DNA from: Syntrophales bacterium
Lineage (GTDB): Bacteria > Desulfobacterota > Syntrophia > Syntrophales > UBA2210
Reading direction: 5' to 3'
DNA length: 64,000 nt
Assembly: GCA_963666365.2 (NCBI GenBank)
Contig: CAXXNF010000001.1
Coordinates: 896,001 to 960,000 of the forward strand
Numbering within the stretch: position 1 is the stretch's first letter; each line of letters opens with the position of its first letter. Position numbers and translations under genes: made by a program. Under the pieces are notes generated by a model that was not told the DNA's origin, did not search any database, and saw only the letters and a list, made by a program, of their open reading frames with translations. Of this stretch, positions 39,631 through 49,899 are shown piece by piece.

Positions 39631-41100
39631 ATGAAAGAGTATCTTCTCCACCTGTTTCACAATATCAGGGTCTCGGACCTCTTTGATGTCGCCATTATCA
39701 GCGTCCTTTCCTATTTTGTGTTGATATGGTTAAAAAAAACGGCCTCCCGGTTCGTGTTCATCGGCATCATAATCCTCAGTCTTATCTATATGACGGCCCG
39801 ATTCTTTCATATGTACCTCACGGAGTACGTGCTCCAGGGATTTTTCGCCATCCTTTTCCTCGCCATGTTGATCATATTTCAGGAAGATCTCCGCCGCTTC
39901 TTCGAGCGTCTCGCCATATGGCGGCCCTTCAGGAATCAAAACCATGAGATATCAACCGACATCGCCCTTCTCTCAGCGGCAGTGATCAGTCTCGCCCGGA
40001 AGCGGTACGGCGCCCTTATCATCATACGGGGAAAAGACTACCTCGACCGTCATCTCGAGGGGGGGATAGAAATGGATGGGAAGATAAGTGCCGCACTTAT
40101 CGAAAGCATCTTCGACCCCCACTCATCAGGACACGACGGAGCACTCATCCTTGAGGGGGCAAGAATCAGCAAGTTCGGATGTCACTTACCCCTCTCAACA
40201 AATACTCCCAAAGTCACAAATATGGGGTTGCGCCACACCGCGGCCCTGGGACTGGCGGAGCGTTCGGACGCGCTGTGCATTGTAGTGTCGGAAGAACGCG
40301 GCAGCATCTCGATAGCACAGCACGGAAGCATTCACAGGCTTAAAGCCCCCGAAGATCTGACGAAAGAACTTGAAGAATTTCAGGGAATGAAACGGCCGCC
40401 TCAGGCAAAAAAACTGAGGCCCCGATGGCTTAGACAAAACCTCTGGGAAAAGGGGATCGCCCTCATGCTCGCCTGCGCCCTGTGGATGGCCTTTGGATAT
40501 CAAACTGAAACTATCCGGCGCGATTTCGTCGTCCCCGTTGAATACCGGAATCTTCCCGCCAACTGGATCATAGAAAACCAGTATCCAAAGGAGACAACCA
40601 TATCACTGAAGGGCTCGAAACAGGCCTTTGACCTCCTCCATAAAGACAACCCCAAACTGACTGTCGATATGTCCGGCATACAGGAAGGAACACAGGAACT
40701 GTTGCTGAATCGGAATATGGTGGTCCATCCATCGAACCTCACCGTCGTAGGCATTCAGCCGGAAATACTCGCGCTTACGGCCTACCAGATGGCGCCCTAT
40801 GACGTCCCCGTCAAGGTGGAGACGACAGGCACGCTTCCCGAGGGTTTGACGCTCGAAAAAATCGAGGCAGTCCCTGCATTCGTCAAAGTGATGACCCAGA
40901 AAAAAAGTGCAGGGAACCTTCAAATCAAAACGGAGCCCATTAATCTTGAATCAATAAAAGAATCCACCAAGGTTGCCCCCGGGCTTCTACTCCCGCCTAC
41001 GATGGAATTCATGGAAAAAAAGGCGCCCCTCGTGACGGTTACGATAATTGTGAAAGGGGAAGCGCCACCTCCGCAGGAGGAAAAATCTGAAGAAAAATAA
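39631..41100 (+). CDS. Diadenylate cyclase (CdaA-type) fused to YbbR/CdaR-like domains
   Basis: 3 N-terminal TMs, IIFQEDLRR, HDGA, GLRHTAALGL, VVSEERG, then KGIALMLACALW TM and YbbR-like beta-rich repeats. Confidence 0.88.
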   Translation: MKEYLLHLFHNIRVSDLFDVAIISVLSYFVLIWLKKTASRFVFIGIIILSLIYMTARFFHMYLTEYVLQGFFAILFLAMLIIFQEDLRRFFERLAIWRPFRNQNHEISTDIALLSAAVISLARKRYGALIIIRGKDYLDRHLEGGIEMDGKISAALIESIFDPHSSGHDGALILEGARISKFGCHLPLSTNTPKVTNMGLRHTAALGLAERSDALCIVVSEERGSISIAQHGSIHRLKAPEDLTKELEEFQGMKRPPQAKKLRPRWLRQNLWEKGIALMLACALWMAFGYQTETIRRDFVVPVEYRNLPANWIIENQYPKETTISLKGSKQAFDLLHKDNPKLTVDMSGIQEGTQELLLNRNMVVHPSNLTVVGIQPEILALTAYQMAPYDVPVKVETTGTLPEGLTLEKIEAVPAFVKVMTQKKSAGNLQIKTEPINLESIKESTKVAPGLLLPPTMEFMEKKAPLVTVTIIVKGEAPPPQEEKSEEK

Positions 41101-41143
41101 AAGGCCTGTCTCTCTTCAACGGGAAAGGAGGGATTGCAACGAC

Positions 41144-41584
41144 TCAGCTGTCGTTGTTTTCTTCTTTTTCTTCTACGGTCCCGGAGGTCTCCTCCTCAGT
41201 TTCCTCTTCGGATCGAGGACTCTCTTTACCCTGTGCGAACAGGTCACTCCTGCGAATGATCACGGTGTGATACCGATCCACTCCATCGAACACATCGATC
41301 GGCCGTTTCTTTTTTCCTATATGCCATGAGCGGCCTTCGGCATGTATTTCCCAGTTCTCAAGGCTGAAATTGAGCCGTAATCCGGGAGACAAACGGTTTA
41401 GATCCTTCAGAAGGGCGTCAATAGCGGCAAAAGTAAATTCATCCCCTTCTTTGATCAAAATTCCGTAGAAATTGGCGGTGGTACGTGAACAGGACCACTG
41501 AAGAAGTGAGAGATCCACGGCGTGCCGCACGAGCACCTTCTTAACCCGCGCATTCATATCGTAACGGTTCACCGAATTCGCCAC
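41144..41584 (-). CDS. Hypothetical protein with acidic tail
   Basis: ORF downstream of xth; GTG start chosen from a GAGAGG RBS; start uncertain. Confidence 0.55.
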   Translation of the reverse strand: MANSVNRYDMNARVKKVLVRHAVDLSLLQWSCSRTTANFYGILIKEGDEFTFAAIDALLKDLNRLSPGLRLNFSLENWEIHAEGRSWHIGKKKRPIDVFDGVDRYHTVIIRRSDLFAQGKESPRSEEETEEETSGTVEEKEENNDS

Positions 41585-41676
41585 CGACACCTCTCTCATC
41601 ATACAAAAAGAAACGATACGGGATGTTGCCCGGATCACTATAGCGGCGCCCATCATACCACCAAGAGCCGTATCCT

Positions 41677-42471
41677 CTAGAGAGTGAATTCAGCCACGAG
41701 GATGGTGTGGTCTGACGGCCTTTCACTTGTTCTTGGATCGAGATCAATGGTACAGTTCTTTGATGCGTCGCTCAATGAACGAGTAGCCAGGATATGGTCC
41801 ACTCGCCATCCCAGTCCGCGCTCGAGCGCCCGGGGCACACGATAATCGAAAAAAGTATACTGCCCCGGTTCATCCCTATGATGTTTCCTGAACAGGTCTA
41901 CAAGTCCCCACGCCATGAGCCGATCAAAGGCATCCCACACTTCGGGGGTAAAATCGACGTGACCGCGGAGACGCTTCGGATCGTGGACATCGATATCTTC
42001 ACGGGCCACATTTAAGTCACCGCAACAGACCAGTAAATCTTGCGGCTGGGCGTGATCTGCGAGATACTTTCGGAGCCTGTCGAACCACTGAATCTTGTAC
42101 TGAAATTGCTCATGGTCGCGGCTTCGACCCTGAGGAACGTAGAGATTCAGCACGGTTATTCCCCCATAGACACCCCTGATCAATCGATCGGCGTCGGGGG
42201 GACCTTCGTCATCAAACCCAAAGGACACCTCTTCCGGCGGTCTCCGGGACGCGATCGCAACGCCGTTGTAGCGTTTTTCACCTTTATATTCAACATGATA
42301 TCCGGCATTCTCAAAAACATCTACAGGGAATGCGCTGTCGGCCACCTTTGTCTCCTGCATGCATAGAAGATCGGGTCGATGTGCTTCCAGCCAGGGAATG
42401 AGTATATGCAGCCGCGATCGCACCGAATTCACATTGTACGTTGCAATTTTCAGGGTTTCCTTGCGGGACAT
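41677..42471 (-). CDS. xth: Exodeoxyribonuclease III
   Basis: ATYNVNS, MQETK, YNGVAI, YVPQG, GDLNVA, GWRVDHIL, PSDH. Confidence 0.95.
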   Translation of the reverse strand: MSRKETLKIATYNVNSVRSRLHILIPWLEAHRPDLLCMQETKVADSAFPVDVFENAGYHVEYKGEKRYNGVAIASRRPPEEVSFGFDDEGPPDADRLIRGVYGGITVLNLYVPQGRSRDHEQFQYKIQWFDRLRKYLADHAQPQDLLVCCGDLNVAREDIDVHDPKRLRGHVDFTPEVWDAFDRLMAWGLVDLFRKHHRDEPGQYTFFDYRVPRALERGLGWRVDHILATRSLSDASKNCTIDLDPRTSERPSDHTILVAEFTL

Positions 42472-42742
42472 GAATTCTCCCCCCTCATCTGTTCTTTCCC
42501 TTCGCAGCAGCGAAGGCGCCGCTGCACAGTGCCGTTATCGGGGAATACTATATCAAAACGACCATAATGTGTAGGATTTTAAACGGTGCAGATCGGTCGG
42601 CATTTTTTCATGCTTGGTGGTAATACATCATAATTTCGAAATAATCGCTGGATCTCAATGGTGTACATTGTTATAAACTTATTATATTAAATGCTTGCGA
42701 GAGAAAGGATCCGCCAAGACGGGGACGCTGACGGGGGACTTT

Positions 42743-44665
42743 ATGACTGAACCTAAGAAACAAACGGCAAAGGAGTTTTTGCGTCAGAGGAACTTTTTCG
42801 AAGTCGTCCTCGAGCGGATTGTAAGCGGGGTCTGTGCGGCCGACCGGGAAGGCCGCATCTATTATGTCAACAGGGGAATGACGGCGATCTCGGATATCCC
42901 GAAAGAAGATATTCTTGCGAAGCGGTCGCTTATGGAATTATTTATCGACAGGGATGCGGTGCTGCACAGCGCCTATGACCGGGCAAAGAATACGCTGCAG
43001 CCGATTCAGTACATCGCTGCACCCGTCGTTCTTTCCAATAGACGTCTCCGTTACATCTCGGGCTGGTTCATCCCCTCCATCACCGAGGAAACATTGGACG
43101 GCATGCTGCTCACGGCAGTGGATATGACGGAACGGGAAGAAGCGGAGCGGGCGCGGCAGGAACGGGAGGAGTGGACGAAACTGGCCCTCGAGGAAACGGA
43201 CGAGGGGCTCTGGGAATGGAACGTACCGGAACAGCAGCTCATCTTCCACGACAACTGGCCGCACCGGCTCGGATACGATGATCTGGGCCCTGCAGTAAAT
43301 GTCAACTGGTGGCTCGCGCACATTACCGAAGAGAGCCGGAGTCGCGTGGAGCGGCAATTTCGGGAACACCGGAAGGGAAGAACAACGTATCATGAATTTG
43401 AATATGAAATACAGACGAAAGAGGGAGAATCTCTCTGGTTCTGGGTACGGGCAAAAATAATTGAAAGAACCGGAGAGGGGCGCCCCCTTCGCGTGATCGG
43501 CACGCATCGCGATATCACCGACCGGGTGCTTTCGGAAGAGGCCCTGCGCATAAGTGAGGCGCGCTATCGCGATATTGTCGAAAACACCGACGTGCTCATC
43601 GGACGCTTTGACAGCGAAGGAAGGATCACGTACATGAACAGAGCCATAGGAACCCTTATGGGCGTCGATCCCGAATCGAGCATCGGAATGTCAAGTCTCG
43701 ACTTTGTGCATCCCGATGACTTGAAGCATACCATTGCCACATATAGACAATGGATAGGCGATAAAAGATCCTCCGGCACCCTTGAAAACCGCTATATCAA
43801 CAAAAAAACGGGCGCGGTGTGGCATCTGGCCTGGACCATTACCCTTCACTACGACAGGGAAGGCCGCCTGGTCGACTCCCACGGCATCGGCATCAACATC
43901 ACCGACCGCATAAAGCTTGAAGAGGCACTGCGCAGGGCGGAAAAATTGGAGTCCCTTGGCATTCTTGCCGGTGGCATTGCTCACGATTTCAATAATCTGC
44001 TGACCGTCATCCTGGGAAATATCGATCTCTCGCTCTCGGCGCATCAGTCCGAGGCCGACATCTTCCACAACCTCCGGAAAGCAAAATATGCCTGCGATCA
44101 GGCAAAAGAGCTGGCCCAACGATTTCTCACCTTCTCACAGGGGGGCAATCCCAAAAAAGACATTACACCCCTCGCCCCCATCATTCTTGACTCTATAGAG
44201 GCAGCCTTATCCGCCGCCAATGTGGCAGCCCGACACTCTCTATCTCGCGATCTATGGACTGCAGCGGTTGATGCCGCACAGATGCGCCAGGCAATCGGCA
44301 ACATTATCATAAACGCCGGAGAAGCCATGCCTGAAGGCGGAACAGTGTTCGTGAAGGCGGAAAACATCGTTATGAGTGGACAGAACGGGACTTCCCACCC
44401 GTCCCCCACGGCGCATTACATAAAAATATTGATAGAAGACAAGGGCAGGGGAATAGCGGCACAGGATCTCTCCAAAATTTTCGACCCATACTTTACGACA
44501 AAAAAACTGGGGGCACAGAAGGGTATGGGACTGGGGCTTACCATTGCCTATTCAATTATCGCACGACACGACGGTTACATTACGGTCGATTCCATTGAGG
44601 GATCGGGAACAACAGTCACGGTTTATCTTCCCGCGTCATCAGAGGCTGCAATGGGACGTGCATAA
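42743..44665 (+). CDS. Cytoplasmic multi-PAS histidine kinase
   Basis: Three PAS/PAC segments (GLWEWN..GTHRDITD; FVHPDD), LAGGIAHDFNNLL, NAGEAM, DKGRGI, GMGLGL; no receiver domain. Confidence 0.93.
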   Translation: MTEPKKQTAKEFLRQRNFFEVVLERIVSGVCAADREGRIYYVNRGMTAISDIPKEDILAKRSLMELFIDRDAVLHSAYDRAKNTLQPIQYIAAPVVLSNRRLRYISGWFIPSITEETLDGMLLTAVDMTEREEAERARQEREEWTKLALEETDEGLWEWNVPEQQLIFHDNWPHRLGYDDLGPAVNVNWWLAHITEESRSRVERQFREHRKGRTTYHEFEYEIQTKEGESLWFWVRAKIIERTGEGRPLRVIGTHRDITDRVLSEEALRISEARYRDIVENTDVLIGRFDSEGRITYMNRAIGTLMGVDPESSIGMSSLDFVHPDDLKHTIATYRQWIGDKRSSGTLENRYINKKTGAVWHLAWTITLHYDREGRLVDSHGIGINITDRIKLEEALRRAEKLESLGILAGGIAHDFNNLLTVILGNIDLSLSAHQSEADIFHNLRKAKYACDQAKELAQRFLTFSQGGNPKKDITPLAPIILDSIEAALSAANVAARHSLSRDLWTAAVDAAQMRQAIGNIIINAGEAMPEGGTVFVKAENIVMSGQNGTSHPSPTAHYIKILIEDKGRGIAAQDLSKIFDPYFTTKKLGAQKGMGLGLTIAYSIIARHDGYITVDSIEGSGTTVTVYLPASSEAAMGRA

Positions 44666-44684
44666 AGGATGGGCGAGCCCCCAC

Positions 44685-45101
44685 CTAGGTGTGCCTGCGG
44701 CCTATGCTCGACATGCTGAGACTCCCGTATCGGACCCCCCGCACCGACTTCAACATATCGGCCACTTTCTCCACATCCTTTGCCCTGCCGCGGACAGCGA
44801 CAATTTCGAGACAGTTGTCATGATCCAGGTGAATGTGCTGTGTCGAAATAATGATATTTTGAAAATCGTGCTGAATATCGATGATTCTGTGTACGAGTTC
44901 TCCCCCATGGTGATCGTACACAAAGGAAATCGCGCCGGCAACTTCCCGGTCGTCCTCCCACTCCTTTTTCACCAGCTCCTGTCTGATAAGATCCCGGAGG
45001 GCTTCCGATCTGTTGGTATATTTCCTTTCATGAATCAGCTCATCGAATCGTTCGAGCAGCACCTTATCCAAAGAAACACCGAACCTCACAAGCTCAGACA
45101 T
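44685..45101 (-). CDS. nikR: Nickel-responsive transcriptional regulator
   Basis: RFGVSL, YTNRSEALRDLIR, YDHH, HIHLDHDNCLE. Confidence 0.95.
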   Translation of the reverse strand: MSELVRFGVSLDKVLLERFDELIHERKYTNRSEALRDLIRQELVKKEWEDDREVAGAISFVYDHHGGELVHRIIDIQHDFQNIIISTQHIHLDHDNCLEIVAVRGRAKDVEKVADMLKSVRGVRYGSLSMSSIGRRHT

Positions 45102-45195
45102 ACCCACCACCCGTATTGTTTTTTCAAGAGCGTGCACCACTCCCCTCTCACATGTCAAGAGCCATACCGGCAGAAAACACCGGCTTCGGCGCGCC

Positions 45196-46800
45196 CTACC
45201 TTATAGTTCTCAATTCTCTCCGCAATATTTTTCCCAGGGCGCTCTTGGGCAGTTCATCCATGAACTGTATCGATTTGGGCCGTTTAATGGTGGGCAGCTT
45301 TTCCCTGCAGAAATCGATAAGCTCCTCCGCGGTGACCGCACCGGGATGCTTCAGCGCGACAAAGGCTTTCACTTCCTCTCCATAAATCGGATCAGGCACT
45401 CCAACCACACCGGCTTCCAGCACTTCCGGATGCATATAAAGAATATTTTCTATTTCCTTGGGGTATATGTTCTCGCCCCCCCGAATGATAAGGTCTTTTT
45501 TTCTGTCCGTAATGTAGAGATACTCGTCTTCGTCCATGTAACCCACGTCGCCGGTGTGCAACCAGCCGTTGCGCACCGCTTCCGCCGTTTCCTCAGGCTT
45601 GTTCCAGTAGCCCTTCATGACGCAGGGACCCTTGATCACGATTTCACCTGTTTCACCGGGAGGCAGCGCCCGTTCATTCTCATCGAATATCCTGATTGTA
45701 TTGCACTTCTGGTAGCATTTACCGATGGAGCCGTACTTGGGCGGCCTCCGTCCCGCTATGTTGCCGCAGTTGACCGTGGTCGCTTCGCTCAGACCGTACC
45801 CCTCCCAGATATCGACCCCGTATTTTTCCTTCCATTGACGGGCCGTTTCCAGCGGCATCGGCGCGGAACCGCATATACAGGTCTGAAGCGAGCTCAAATC
45901 GTACCGGGACGCCGCGGGGTGGTTCAACAACTGGATATACATGGTGGGCACGCCGCGAAAATCCGTAACTCCGTATCGCTCAATGCATTTCATTGCTTCT
46001 TCGGGATTCCACCTGCCTATGACGACAAGTTTTCCACCGGTGAGAAACTCGAGATTCAACGCGAATACGCCATAACCGTGAAACAGCGGCAGGGTAATGA
46101 GAGAAACGCGATTCCGGTTCACTCCATATATTTCAATCTCCTGATCTTTCAGGGTATCGCGCCGGGCATCCCGTTCCTTCACGGCGCCTTCAACCGTCAC
46201 ACCCCAGGCATCCTGCAACACCAGTTCGTAATATCCTGTAACATGGGTGTACCAGTTATAGTGCGTCAGCATTACTCCTTTGGGGTTTCCCGTAGTGCCG
46301 GCGGTGTAGATCATCACCGCCGTATCGTCATTGTCCGTATCGACGATTGTCAATCTATCCGATGCATTGCCGACTAGCTCTTCGTAGGAAAGGGCATCCT
46401 CAGGTATCGCCTCTCCTGTTACTATAATATGCCGAAGCCCCGGCGCTTCCCGGCGCGCCTCTCTGATGACTTTCATATAGTCATTGACGGTAATCAAAGC
46501 AACCAACCCTGCGTCCTTGTAAAGATAGGAAAGCTCGTGAAGGCGAAGCGATGGATTCACGGGAACCAATATCGCCCCTATTTTGAAGGTGGCAAAAAAT
46601 GCCTGTATGAGCTGCGGGCAGTTGAGAAGCTGCACCCCCACACGGTCTCCCTTTTTGACGCCCAATCCTTTCAGGGCATTGCCCAACCTGTCGGCAGCGC
46701 GGTTCATTTCCACATTGGTATGCCACTTCCCCTCAAAATACACGAATTCATATTCGCCGAATCTTTTAATGTTGTCCTCGGCCAAGCGCCCTATATTCAT
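45196..46800 (-). CDS. Long-chain-fatty-acid--CoA ligase family
   Basis: YTAGTTGNPKG, LPLFH, EGYGLSE, TGDVG, DRKKDLIIRGGENIYP, LPKSALGKI. Confidence 0.92.
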   Translation of the reverse strand: MNIGRLAEDNIKRFGEYEFVYFEGKWHTNVEMNRAADRLGNALKGLGVKKGDRVGVQLLNCPQLIQAFFATFKIGAILVPVNPSLRLHELSYLYKDAGLVALITVNDYMKVIREARREAPGLRHIIVTGEAIPEDALSYEELVGNASDRLTIVDTDNDDTAVMIYTAGTTGNPKGVMLTHYNWYTHVTGYYELVLQDAWGVTVEGAVKERDARRDTLKDQEIEIYGVNRNRVSLITLPLFHGYGVFALNLEFLTGGKLVVIGRWNPEEAMKCIERYGVTDFRGVPTMYIQLLNHPAASRYDLSSLQTCICGSAPMPLETARQWKEKYGVDIWEGYGLSEATTVNCGNIAGRRPPKYGSIGKCYQKCNTIRIFDENERALPPGETGEIVIKGPCVMKGYWNKPEETAEAVRNGWLHTGDVGYMDEDEYLYITDRKKDLIIRGGENIYPKEIENILYMHPEVLEAGVVGVPDPIYGEEVKAFVALKHPGAVTAEELIDFCREKLPTIKRPKSIQFMDELPKSALGKILRRELRTIR

Positions 46801-46923
46801 GCCCCGCGTCCTTTCTTACCGATTCATTTTCCCGTCACTCCCATACACCTTCCTTGCGTGCCTTCATAGTGCCTTTCTTCACAGCGGTCAAACTTTTCGT
46901 TAAACAGCGCACCATCTTAGCAA

Positions 46924-48240
46924 TTATCCCCCAAAGAAAACTCGTGGAAGCCATGTGGCAATTTCCGGGAATATCATGACGACTGCCAATCCCACCAATG
47001 AGACAAGGGTGTAGGGAATGGACGACCGGTAGATGTCTCCCATGGAAATACCCGGCGGGACGAGTCCTTTCATATAAAAGAGATTGAATCCGAAGGGCGG
47101 CGTCATGTACCCGATTTCCATGTTAATGGTAAAAAGAATCCCGAACCAGAGGGGATCGAATCCATAGGCGGTAATGATGGGCAGGAAGACGGGCACGCAT
47201 ATCATCATAATGCCCATCGGATCCAGCACCATGGCCAGGAGGAAGATCACCACCTGAATGAATATAATGATGCCCCATCCTCCTCCGGGGATATACTCGA
47301 CCATGTTCCTGATGAGGCTCGCCGCCCCCATGCCCTGATAGGCGGCGCTGAAACAGTAGGCGCCGAAAAGAATCCACATGATCATCCCCGTGAGCCTCAA
47401 TGTACGAATGCCGGCTTCGTAGACGATTGCCCAGGTGAGTCGTCGGTAGACAAGCGCAGAAATAATTGCCCCGAGAACACCAACGGCGGCTGCTTCCGTC
47501 GGTGTCGTCACTCCCCCCACGATGGAACCGAGCACGATAAAGACGATCAGGATGGGGAGAATCACCGCTCGAAGGGCCCGCAGTTTCTTCTTCCAGCTTG
47601 CCCGTTCCTCTTTCGGAAGGGCCGGCCCCTGGTGGGGCTGGATATAACAGCGGATCCCGATATAGGCGGACACGAGAATCAGGAGCAGTATTCCCGGGAA
47701 CACGCCGCCGGCGAACATCTTCCCCACCGACTCCCCTGAAATGAGTGAATAGAGAATCATAATGACGCTTGGTGGAATAAGGATCCCCCAACCGCCGCCG
47801 GTGAGGATACACCCTATGGCCAATTCCTTGTCATAGTTTCTCTGAAGCATCGACGGCAGTGCAATGGCCCCCATGCTGGCCACGGCCGCGCCGCTGATCC
47901 CGCACATGGCCGCAAATATGGCGCAGATGACACAGGTGCCGATGGCCAATCCTCCCCTCACAGGGCCGAACCAGAGATACATCATTTCGTAGAGGTCATT
48001 GGCGGCGCCCGACTTTTCCAGTATCATGGCCATAAAAATAAAAAGGGGAACCGCAACAAGAGTAAATTTGTTCATGGCGCCCCAGGTCTGGGCAGCCACC
48101 ATATAGAAGGCCTGAGGTCCCCAGGTAAAATAGATGAATACTACCGATATCCCCCCCAGCACAAAGGAAAGAGGAAGGCCGAGGACAAGAAAAAGCACAA
48201 GGGACGCAAAGAAAAGCAGCGTGAGAACTTCAATGCTCAT
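46924..48240 (-). CDS. dctM: TRAP transporter large permease
   Basis: LVAVPLFIFMA, GILIPPS, TPTEAAAVG, TPPFGFNLF. Confidence 0.92.
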   Translation of the reverse strand: MSIEVLTLLFFASLVLFLVLGLPLSFVLGGISVVFIYFTWGPQAFYMVAAQTWGAMNKFTLVAVPLFIFMAMILEKSGAANDLYEMMYLWFGPVRGGLAIGTCVICAIFAAMCGISGAAVASMGAIALPSMLQRNYDKELAIGCILTGGGWGILIPPSVIMILYSLISGESVGKMFAGGVFPGILLLILVSAYIGIRCYIQPHQGPALPKEERASWKKKLRALRAVILPILIVFIVLGSIVGGVTTPTEAAAVGVLGAIISALVYRRLTWAIVYEAGIRTLRLTGMIMWILFGAYCFSAAYQGMGAASLIRNMVEYIPGGGWGIIIFIQVVIFLLAMVLDPMGIMMICVPVFLPIITAYGFDPLWFGILFTINMEIGYMTPPFGFNLFYMKGLVPPGISMGDIYRSSIPYTLVSLVGLAVVMIFPEIATWLPRVFFGG

Positions 48241-48785
48241 ATGACGTTTCCTTCCGTTGTCTCGCCTGCGATCACATCAATTTCTTTTCCCGTGACTGCA
48301 GCAGTAATATCCCGTATCAGCTTTGCCATCCCCTGAATCAAGAGCAGCATCGCCCCCAGGGGTATCATGAGTTTCACCGGGTAGATCGGGGGATCCCAGG
48401 CCGAGTGCGAATGCTCAAGGCCGGCAAGCGACTCCCAGGCAAGCGATCCTCCGTAGACAATCATCATACCGCAGAAGAGAAAGAAGAGAACCGACGTGAC
48501 GATGTCCACTATGGCTTTCGTCCGTCTGAAAAACCGTGCATAGATGATGTCGACATTCACATGTCCCTCCCACCGCATCACATAGCCTCCGGAAAGGACG
48601 ATATAGACGCCGAAGATCAACTGCGTGAGTTCGTTCCCCCAGACGGTGGGATGGTTGAAAAAGTATCGGCCGATCACTTCTTTCATAACGAGGAGAAACA
48701 TGGCCAGGGCGCCGAAGGAAAGTATCTTTCCTATCCAATCGTTCAATTCGTCGACGAAATGGAGAATCGTGACAATGGTCTTCAT
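48237..48785 (-). CDS. dctQ: TRAP transporter small permease
   Basis: EVIGRYFFNHPTVW, GHVNVD, 4 TMs. Confidence 0.9.
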   Translation of the reverse strand: MKTIVTILHFVDELNDWIGKILSFGALAMFLLVMKEVIGRYFFNHPTVWGNELTQLIFGVYIVLSGGYVMRWEGHVNVDIIYARFFRRTKAIVDIVTSVLFFLFCGMMIVYGGSLAWESLAGLEHSHSAWDPPIYPVKLMIPLGAMLLLIQGMAKLIRDITAAVTGKEIDVIAGETTEGNVI

Positions 48786-48806
48786 AAGGGTGCCTCCGGA
48801 GTCATG

Positions 48807-48841
48807 ACATCATCCGGCCCGGTCGCCGGGCCGGATGATGT
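48807..48841. terminator. Intercistronic hairpin after dctP
   Basis: Perfect 16-bp stem ACATCATCCGGCCCGG / CCGGGCCGGATGATGT, 3-nt loop. Confidence 0.55.
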
Positions 48842-48852
48842 GAGAAGACGCG

Positions 48853-49899
48853 TTATTTCAGTCTTCCAAGAGAGCGGTTGAATTCCACCAGCATTTCAAC
48901 TGCCTTTGCGCAGTCCGGGCTCTTTTTGGCCACGTCGTCCCAGATAGGCATGGCCGCCTTCTGCAGTTTGACGTATTCTTCAGGAAGCAGTTCCGACACG
49001 GTGACCCCATGTTTTTCAATCACCTGGGGGAGAGTTTTTTCCTCGAGATAGATGTACTGGTTGGTCCTCATCCAGAAGTGTTCTTCCAGGGTGGCCACAA
49101 GGATCTTCTGAATATCTTCGGGAAGCTTTTTCATGGCTTCCAGGTTCACCAGCCAGGCGTCGGTACCGGCAATGTTCAGACAGGGCTTGAGGTGATACTT
49201 GCAGATTTCATAAAATCCCATACTTGAGTTGCCCTGCACGGCGCCCCAGTGGGCGCCGTCAATCACGCCCGATGCGAGAGACGGATAGATTTCACTTCCG
49301 GGGATATAGGAGGCAGCCGCCCCTATTGCGGTGAGATACAGCTGGAGAACACCGGAAGATCTCAGCTTAAGCCCCTTGAAGTCGTCCATTTTGTGAAGGG
49401 GTTTTTTGCAGGCAAGCTCCGTCACATACACCTTGTCCGTTGAGTAATAAAGGCCGTGCTTGGCACAGGCATCCCGCAGCATGTCCTCGAAACCAAGCCA
49501 CTTGTAAAAATATGCGCATTCCCATACTTCCTTGAAGTTGAAGGGCAGTCCCGATCCCACAGCTCCCAGCGGCACCTGGGCCTGGTAGTACTGAGGAGGC
49601 GACACGGCAATCTCGATCATGCCCCTTTTGACGGCATTGAAAATTTCCTTGGATGGAACAAGGGCCCCCGCCGCATAGAGCTGAATATCCAGCCTCCCCC
49701 CCGTGCGTTCCTTGAGGCGGTTGACGACCACTTCAGCGCTGTCCTTGTAGGACACGCTTGCCGTCGGCCAATGAACCTGACATTTCCACCGGTAAACTTT
49801 TTCCGCGGCAAGTGCAGTGTCCCCCACGCCTGCCATGGCCACCAGGACAATCGCCGCCAAGAGGACGATGCCGCCTACACACACTGTTCTTTTCATCAT
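48853..49899 (-). CDS. dctP: TRAP transporter substrate-binding protein
   Basis: Signal peptide, TGGRLDIQLYAAGALVP, FKGLKLRS, EIYPSLASGVIDGA. Confidence 0.92.
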   Translation of the reverse strand: MMKRTVCVGGIVLLAAIVLVAMAGVGDTALAAEKVYRWKCQVHWPTASVSYKDSAEVVVNRLKERTGGRLDIQLYAAGALVPSKEIFNAVKRGMIEIAVSPPQYYQAQVPLGAVGSGLPFNFKEVWECAYFYKWLGFEDMLRDACAKHGLYYSTDKVYVTELACKKPLHKMDDFKGLKLRSSGVLQLYLTAIGAAASYIPGSEIYPSLASGVIDGAHWGAVQGNSSMGFYEICKYHLKPCLNIAGTDAWLVNLEAMKKLPEDIQKILVATLEEHFWMRTNQYIYLEEKTLPQVIEKHGVTVSELLPEEYVKLQKAAMPIWDDVAKKSPDCAKAVEMLVEFNRSLGRLK

